A DNA stretch of 64,000 bases, taken from contig NC_086097.1 in the NCBI RefSeq assembly GCF_963921235.1, forward strand, positions 35,094,001 to 35,158,000, in the 5' to 3' direction. Source of the DNA: Mobula hypostoma. Lineage: Eukaryota. Shown here one piece after another: positions 55,770 to 64,000 of this stretch. Under the pieces are notes generated by a model. The model was not told where the DNA came from. It saw nothing but the letters and a program-made list of their open reading frames with translations, and did not search any database. How positions within the stretch are numbered: the first letter of the stretch is position 1; each line of letters opens with the position of its first letter. The position numbers and the translations under genes are program-made.

Positions 55770-57120
55770 TGTGGACATCACTGACAAAGCCAACATTTTT
55801 ACCTGTTAAGAAATCCACTTGAGAGATGGGTGGTGAGCTATCTTTTAAAACTGCTGTAATCTTTCTGATGGAAGTACTCTATTAATTATGTTGATGAGAG
55901 AGTTCCATAATTTAGATTTGTTCATGGTGATGATGGATTGGGGATATATTTTCTATTCAACGTGTGGTCTGACTTCAACAGGAACCTGCATTTGATAATG
56001 TTCCTGTGTGTCTTCTGCTGTTGTCCTTTCTGATGGTGAAAGTTGTAAAACTGGGTGATCCTGTGAGAGTGAACTGAATGACTGAACACAGAATATATTA
56101 TTACTGGTACACAATGAAGCCACAAGGGGAGATACTTAATGTTTATAAGGTAGTTAAACAAAATCAAGCAGGCTCCTTTGTCATCAACAGTGTCAAGCTT
56201 AAGTGCTTTTGGAACTGCAGGCATTCAGCTAAATGAAGAGTAAATCACATTACTGATGTGCAGTTTGTTGATGGTGGAAAGAGTTTGTGGTGTCAGCGGA
56301 TGAATTACTTACTGGTGGATAACTCAGCCTCTAATCTGGTTTTGTAGTCAGTGTTTATGACTGCTCCGTTGGAACTCTTGATTAATGGTTTACCACGGGA
56401 TATTAATGGTGCACATCTTTGCAATGAGAACTGTATAGAAAGCAAGAGTAGATGGATGGACTTTGTGTTGTTGGAAGTGGCCATTAGCTTTCACTTTGGT
56501 GGTGCAACTGTTAACTACCTCTTCTCATCCTATGACTTACTGTTGTCTAATTCTTGCTGCATATTGTTAGGATAGGCTTCATTTGCTAGGGGCGATAAAT
56601 TGAACTCAGAGCTATGCAATCTTCAGTAGACATTCCAGGTTCTGAGGTAATGACAGAAGGAAGATGATTGTTGAAGATGATTGGGCCTATCTCCCTTCCC
56701 TAAGGAATTCCTGTTACAATGACTTGGGGCTGGGATGATGGCTCTACAGCAACTATGCCACTTTCCCTTGGGTGAAGTATGATCCAACCAACAGTGCATT
56801 ATTTCCTTAATACCCATTGACTTTAATTTTATAGTCACATTGGATGGGCTACGATGAGTCAAATTATGTCCTACTGTCAGGGCGAATTCACTCTCACCTC
56901 AGCTCTTTGGTCCATGTTTCGAGCAAGGCTGCGATGTGTTATAGAGTGTTCTGGTGAAGGTCAAACTTGGCAGTGTTGAGCAGGTTATTGTTGAGTGTTT
57001 GTCATTCAGTAGCACTATTAATAACAGCTCCATTAATAGCCACCAGTCATTGATTGATTGATTGCACAGTAATTAGTCCGATTGTCCTGATCCTGCTGCT
57101 CCCAGAGGAAAGTCCCTGCA
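55770..57120 (-). mobile_element. Ancient degraded LINE-like repeat
   Basis: Patchy similarity to 700-1300; no ORF. Confidence 0.35.
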
Positions 57121-57129
57121 TTCAAATGG

Positions 57130-57224
57130 TCTCTCTCTCTCACTCTCTCTCTCTCTCACTCTCACTCTCACTCTCACTCTCTCACTCTCACTCTCTCTCT
57201 CACTCTCTCTCTCTCTCACTCTCT

Positions 57225-57265
<41 letters not shown>

Positions 57266-58340
57266 TCTCACTCTCTCTCGCACTCTCTCACTCTCTCTCA
57301 CTCTCACTCTCTCACTCTCACTCTCACTCTCACTCTCTCTCACTCTCACTCTCACTCTCTCACTCTCTCTCACTCTCTCTCGCACTCTCTCTCTCACTCT
57401 CTCTCTCACTCTCACTCTCGCTCTCACTCTCTCTATCTCGCACTCTCTCTTTCTCACACTCTCACTCTCACTCTCTCTCACTCTCTCTCGCACTCTCTCT
57501 CACTCTCACTTTCTCTCTCTCCCCCACTCTCTCTCTCACTCTCACTCTCTCTCACTCTCTCTCGCACTCTCTCTCTCTCTCACTCTCTCTCACTCTCTCA
57601 CTCTCACTCTCTCTCTCACTCTCTCTCTCACTCTCTCTCACTCTCTCTCTCACTCTCACTCTCTCTCTCACTCTCTCTCACTCTCACTCTCACTCTCTCT
57701 CACTCTCACTCTCTCTCTCCCACTCTCTCTCTCTCACTCTCACTCTCACTCTCTCTCACTCTCTCTCACTCTCTCTCTCTCCCACTCTCTCTCTCTCACT
57801 CTCACTCTCACTCTCTCTCTCACTCTCTCCCACTCTCACTCTCTCTCTCCCACTCTCTGTCTCTCACTCTCACTCTCTCTCACTCTCTCTCGCACTCTCT
57901 CTCACTCTCACTCTCTCTCTCACTCTCACTTTCTCTCTCCCCCACTCTCTCTCTCACTCTCACTCTCACTCTCTCTCGCACTCTCTCTCTCACTCTCTCT
58001 CACTCTCTCACTCTCACTCTCACTCTCTCTCGCACTCTCTCTCTCACTCTCTCTCACTCTCTCACTCTCTCTCTCACTCTCTCTCTCACTCTCACTCTCA
58101 CTCTCTCTCACTCTCACTCTCTCTCTCTCCCACTCTCTCACTCTCACTCTCACTCTCTCTCACTCTCTCTCGCACTCTCTCTCTCTCACTCTCACTCTCT
58201 CTCTCACTCTCACTCTCACTCTCACTCTCTCTCTCCCACTCTCTCTCTCTCACTCTCACTCTCACTCTCACTCTCTCTCTCTCTCACTCTCTCTCTCACT
58301 CTCTCTCTCTCACTCTCTCTCTCACTCTCTCTCTCTCACT
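57130..58340 (+). repeat. ~1.2-kb compound (CT)n/(CTCTCA)n microsatellite
   Basis: Seen directly: CT runs punctuated by CA, with occasional CG/CC variants. Confidence 0.98.
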
Positions 58341-58344
58341 TAAT

Positions 58345-58775
58345 GCTGCCAGAGGATTGTGCCAGAGTCCTGGGTCTTGGGGGTAAGGTTTAACGGATGC
58401 AGTTTGTGGATAGGACTCTGTAATCCATGTTATGATGTGTTTCTGGCGTCTGGTTTCTCCTTTTTTGTTGCTATTTTGGTCATTTTTGATTGGGATGGCC
58501 TGCAGATAATGAATGATGCAGTGCTAGATTGAACTGAACTGAGCTGAAAATATTCCTGGACTCTTTTGACTTTGTGTTACATATTCTATATTTTTCATTC
58601 TTTTTTGCCGTTTGCATGATTGTTCTCTTTGTGCGTTGGAGTGGGTGTTGATTTTTTTTTCTTGGAACATGTTACATGGTTTTCTTTGTTCTGTAGCTGT
58701 CTGTGTGAAGATGAATCTCAGGGTTTGTATAGTGCATATATACTTTGATAATAAATGTACTTTGAATCTTTGAAT
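58345..58775 (+). mobile_element. Retroposon with Rex/Babar-like 3' tail
   Basis: Ends GAATCTCAGGG..TACTTTGATAATAAATGTACTTTGAATCTTTG, like 40530-40590. Confidence 0.6.
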
Positions 58776-59019
58776 CACTAAAGGCAGGAGAAATTCAAAC
58801 CTGTGAAGTTTCCATATTGTAGGTTAGATGACAGTTTTGTAACTGTATTGTCCGCTTTGAGTGTTTCTGTGAGCTATTCTGGCCGTTTTTGTGCATTGAT
58901 ATTTGTGCTTTACTTTACCAGGAAATTGTCTTTCCAGGGAAATGTGGACTCGGGAATATTTCAGCATTGCTCTTTTGCAGGACTCACTGCTCTGCTATGA
59001 ATGAACAATTAAAGCAGAT

Positions 59020-62000
59020 GAATTAGGAAGCATCAGGAACAATGGTGATGAACTGAGAGCTTGGATACGTACATGGAATTATGATGTAGTGGCCATTACA
59101 GAGGCTTGGCTGGCACCAGGGCAGGAATGGATTCTCAATATTCCTGGATTTCAGTGCTTTAAAAAGGATGGGGGGCGGGAGGGGAGGAGGGGTGGCATTA
59201 CTGGTCAGGGATACTATTACAGCTACAGAAAGGGTGGGTAATGTAGCAGGATCCTCTTTTGAGTCAGTATGGGTGGAAGTCAGGAACAGGAAGGGAGCAG
59301 TTACTCTATTGGGGGTATTCTATAGGCCCCCTGGTAGCAGCAGAGATACCGAGGAGCAGATTGGGAGGCAGATTTTGGAAAGGTGCAAAAATAACAGGTT
59401 TGTTATCATGGGTGACTTTAACTTCCTTAATATTGATTGGCACCTAATTAGTTCCAAGGGTTTAGATGGAGCGGAGTTTGTTAAGTGTGTCCAGGATGGA
59501 TTCCAGTCACAGTATGTTGGCAGGCCGACCAGGGGGAATGCCATACTAGATCTAGTACTAGGTAATGAACCGGGTCAGGTCACAGATCTCTCAGTGGGTG
59601 AGCATCTGGGGGACAGTGACCACCGCTCCCTGGCCTTCAGCATTATCATGGAAAAGGATAGAATCAGAGAGGACAGGAAAATTTTTAATTGGGGAAGGGC
59701 AAATTATGAGGCTATAAGGCTAGAACTTGCGCGTGTGAATTGGGATGATGTTTTTGCAGGGAAATGTACTATGGATATGCGGTGGATGTTTAGAGATCTC
59801 TTATAACCATATAACCATATAACAATTACAGCACAGAAACAGGCTATCTCGGCCCTTCTAGTCTGTGCCGAACTCTCACTCTCACCTAGTCCCACCAACC
59901 TGCACTCAGCCCATAACCCTCCATTCCTTTCCTGTCCATATAGCTATCCAATTTAACTTTAAATGACAACATCGAACCTGCCTCAACCACTTCTGCTGGA
60001 AGCTTGTTCCACACAACTAGCACTCTCTGAGTAAAGAAGTTCCCCCTCATGTTACCCCTAAACTTTTGCCCTTTAACTCTGAACTCACGTCCTCTTGTTT
60101 GAATCTCCCCCACTCTCAATGGAAAAAGCCTATCCATGTCAACTCTATCTATCCCCCTCATAATTTTAAATACCTCTATCAAGTCTCTCCTCAACCTTCT
60201 ACGCTCCAAAGAATAAAGACCCAACTTGTTCACCTTTCTCTGTAACTTAGGAGATGAAACCCAGGTAACATTCTAGTAAATCTTCTCTGTACTCTCTCAA
60301 TTTTGATGATATCTTTCCTATAATTCGGTGACCAAAACTGTACACAGTACTCCAAATTTGGCCTTACCAATGCCTTGTACAATTTTAACATTACATCCCA
60401 ACTCCTATACTCAATGCTCTGATTTATAAAGGCCAGCATACTAAAAGCTTTCTTCACCACCCTATCCACATGAGATTCCACCTTCAGGGAACTATGCACC
60501 ATTATTCCTAGATCCCTCTGTTCTACTGCATTCTTCAATGCCCTACCATTTACCATGTATGTCCTATTTTGATTAGTCCTACCAAAATGTAGCACCTCAC
60601 ATTTACCAGCATTAAACTCCATCTGCCATCTTTCAGCCCACTCTTCTAACTGGCCTAAATCTCTCTGCAAGCTTTGAAAATCTACTTCATTATCCACAAC
60701 TCCACCTATCTTAGTATCATCTGCATACTTACTAATCCAATTTACTATCCCATCATCCAGATCATTAATATATATGACAAACAACACTGGACCCAGTACA
60801 GATCACTGAAGCACACCACTAGTCATCGGCCTCCAATCTGACAAACAGTTATCCACCACTGCTCTCCGGTGTCTCCCATCCAGCCACAGCTGAATCCATT
60901 TTACTACTTCAATATTAATACCTAACGATGGAACCTTCCTAACTAACCTTCCATGTGGAACCTTGTCAAAGGCCTTACTGAAGTCTATATAGACAACTTG
61001 CAGGATGTTAGGGATAAATTTGTCCTGGTGAGGAAGGTAGGGTGAAGGAACCATGGGCAACAAGTGAGGTGGAAAATCTAGGCAGGTGGAAGAAGGCAGC
61101 ATACATGAGGTTTAGGAAGCAAGGATCAGATGGGTCTTTTGAGGAATATAGGGAAGCAAGAAAGGAGCTTAAGAAAGGGCTGAGAAGAGCAAGAAGGGGG
61201 AATGAGAAGGCCTTGGCGAGTAGGGTAAAGGAAAACCCCAAGGCATTCTTCAATTATGTGAAGAAAAAAAGGATGACAGGAGTGAAGGTAGGACCAATTA
61301 GAGATAAAGGTGGGAAGATGTGCCTGGAGGCTGTGGAAGTGAGCGAGGTCCTCAATGAATACTTCTCTTCGGTATTCACCAATGAGAGGGAGCTTGATGA
61401 TGGAGAGGACAATGTGAGTGAGGTTGATGTTCTGGAGCATGTTGATATTAAGGGAGAGGAGGTGTTCGAGTTGTTAAAATGTATTAAGATGGATAAGTCC
61501 CCGGGGCCTGATGGGATATTCCCCAGGCTGCTCCACGAGGTGAGGAAAGAGGTTGCTGAGCCTCTGGCTAGGATCTTTATGTCCTCGTTATGTCTACGGG
61601 AATGGTACCGGAGGATTGGAGGGAGGCGAATATTGTCCCCTTGTTCAAAAAAGATAGTAGGGATAGTTGGATAATTATAGACCAGTGAGCCTTACGTCTG
61701 TGGTGGGAAAGCTGTTGGAAAAGATTCTTAGAGATAGGATCTATAGGCATTTAGAGAATCATGGTCTGATCAGGGACAGTCAGCATGGCTTTGTGAAGGA
61801 CAGATCGTGTCTAACAAGCCTGATAGAGTTCTCTGAGGAGGTGACCAGGCATATAGATGAGGGTAGTGTAGTGGATGTAATCTATATGGATTTTAGTAAG
61901 GCATTTGACAAGGTTCCACATGGTAGGCTTATTCAGAAAGTTAGAAGGCATGGGATCCAGGGAAGTTTGGCCAGGTGGATTCAGAATTGGCTTGCCTGCA

Positions 62001-63030
62001 GAAGGCAGAGGGTCATGGTGGAGGGAGTACATCCGGACTGGAGGGTTGTGACTAATGCTGTCCCACAAGGATCAGTTCTGGGACCTCTATTTTCGTGATT
62101 TTTATTAACGACCTGGATGTGGGGGTAGAGGCGTGGGTTGGGAAAATTTGCAGACGACACAAAGGTTGGTGGTGTTGTAGATAGTGTAGAGGATTGTCGA
62201 AGATTGCAGAGAGATATTGATAGGTTGCAGAAGTGGGCTGAGAAGTGGCAGATGGAGTTCAATCCGGAGAAGTGTGAGGTGGTACACTTTGGAAGGACAA
62301 ACTCCAAGGCAGAGTACAAAGTAAATGACAGGATACTTGGTAGTGTGGAGGAGCAGAGGGATCTGGGGGTACATGTCCACAGATCCCTGAAAGTTGCTTC
62401 ACAGGTAGATAGGGTAGTTAAGAAAGCTTATGTGGGGTTAGCTTTCATAAGTCGAGGGATAGAGTTTAAGAGTCATGAGGTAATGATGCAGTTCTATAAA
62501 ACTCTGGTTAGGCCACACTTGGAGTACTGTGTCCATTTCTGGTCACCTCACTATAGGAAGGATGTGGAAGCATTGGAAAGGATACAGAGGAGATTTACCA
62601 GAATGCACCTGGTTTAGAGAGTATCGATTATGATCAGAGATTAAGGGAGCTAGGGTTTTACTCTTTGGAGAGAAGGAGGATGAGAGGAGACATGATAGAG
62701 GTGTACAAGATATTAAGAGGAATAGATAGAGTGGATAGCCAGCGCCTCTTCCCCAGGGCACCACTGCTCAATACAAGACGACATGGCTTTAAGGTAAGGG
62801 GTGGGAAGTTCAAGGGGGATATTAGAGGAAGGTTTTTTACTCAGAGAGTGGTTGGTGCATGGAATGCACTGCCTGAGTCAGTAGTGGAGGCAGACACACT
62901 AGTGAAATTTAAGAGAGTACTAGACAGGTATATGGAGGAATTTAAGGTGGGGGGTTATTTGGAAGGCAGGGTTTGAGGGTTGGCACAACAATGTGGGCTG
63001 AAGGGCCTGTACTGTGCTGTACTATTCTAT
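59020..63030 (+). mobile_element. CR1 LINE, near-complete ORF2 with frameshifts, interrupted by an antisense CR1
   Basis: GGGVAL, FYRPP, GDFN, DSDH, KSPGPDG, YRPVSLTS, YMDFSKAFDKVPH, KFADDTK, RGDMIEVYK, plus CR1 tail. Confidence 0.95.
59803..60997 (-). mobile_element. 5'-truncated CR1 LINE nested antisense
   Basis: IDFSKAFDKVPH, KYADDTK, LVRPNLEYCVQFW. (ATATGGTT)n tail. The host ..GATCTCTT|GCAGGATG.. is split here. Confidence 0.93.
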
Positions 63031-64000
63031 TTTATAATTAAACAGAGAGTTTAAATGTGCCACCAAAACTTCTGGTGTGGTTCATATTGGCCACTCAGTC
63101 TGGGGAAGGAAATGCATCGTGCTGCAATACTGGCACATGGCACTCATTGCAGACGACACTTCCATTCTGTGCTTTGCTTAGATAATATAAATGAAATCTT
63201 GTATTCTTCCAAGGATGTGAATAGAAAATCCCACAGCATTTGGTCAAAGACCTACTTTTAGGAAGAGTCCCAGAACATGGATGTTCTTGGTGTTAAGTAT
63301 TGTCACATGAGTGAATTTGTGTATGACATCTTTTTATTGGAACGAACACAGGGCTCATCATTGGCTGTACTTAGTAATAAGTATTATGTAATTTATGAGC
63401 TTAATAATGCACAAGAGTTTGAAGTTTAAGACTAAGAAATAATTTAGTGCACTTCCCAAATGCATGAATAATATACTGTTCTTTAAGAATGATAGAATTA
63501 GAAAAAGGTGTAAGCCTCCTGACTCTCTGAGCTTTGCCATCCATTCATCAGATCATGCCTGATCTTCAACTTCAGTCCTATTTTCGGTACTGTCCTCACA
63601 TCCCTTGATTCCTTTAGTATCTAGGTGTCACACATCTCTATTCTGAATTAATTCTATGACTTAACCTTTCAAACCCAACCACAAAATGGAGAAATTACTC
63701 CTCATTTCTATCCCAAAGTGGCCTACCCCCTACCCAGAAACTGTGACTACTGGATGTCGGAGTCAGGGTAAACATCCTCCATACATCCACCTCGTCACGC
63801 CCTTGTTAGAATTCTGTTAATTTTCCTGACACCATATCTTTCTTTATTCCCTTAACTAAGAACTCCAATGGATGAGTCAAATATGATTTCCTTTTCATAA
63901 GTCCATGCTATTTTCATAATTCTATTATTATATTGGAGGCACAAGAGATGCACTATCATGGTGCATGGTTTTGACCCAAAATAATCAACAATCCCTTTGT

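Noticed and set aside
57054..58343. 429-aa Ser/Leu/His/Thr ORF and antisense Arg/Glu ORFs
   Set aside because: Translation of a stop-free microsatellite.

Overview
Repeat-rich vertebrate genomic DNA, most likely an elasmobranch (ray/shark; inferred from the CR1, Rex/Babar, Penelope-like, HE1/V-SINE and Tc1 repeat mix). One host gene is supported. It is the first coding exon of the voltage-gated K+ channel KCNH5 (Eag2/Kv10.2) at 22028-22100 (+; [26 protein letters not shown] donor), which lies in a CpG island and is missed by the ORF track. Everything downstream appears to be intron 1 (over 41 kb; exon 2 not found). Nearly all ORFs in the track are decayed retrotransposon fragments or noise. 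The most interesting layer is a set of Penelope-like elements (PLEs; GIY-YIG endonuclease) carrying about 10 minimal type-I hammerhead ribozyme motifs. These include a young fold-back insertion with two intact hammerheads on opposite strands and a 13-bp TSD (50620-51657), and several 100-140 bp TSD-flanked mini-insertions whose 5' ends lie at the hammerhead boundary. There are also multi-level nested insertions with readable TSDs. Repeat family names come from motif recognition, not database searches, and boundaries of old repeats are approximate.
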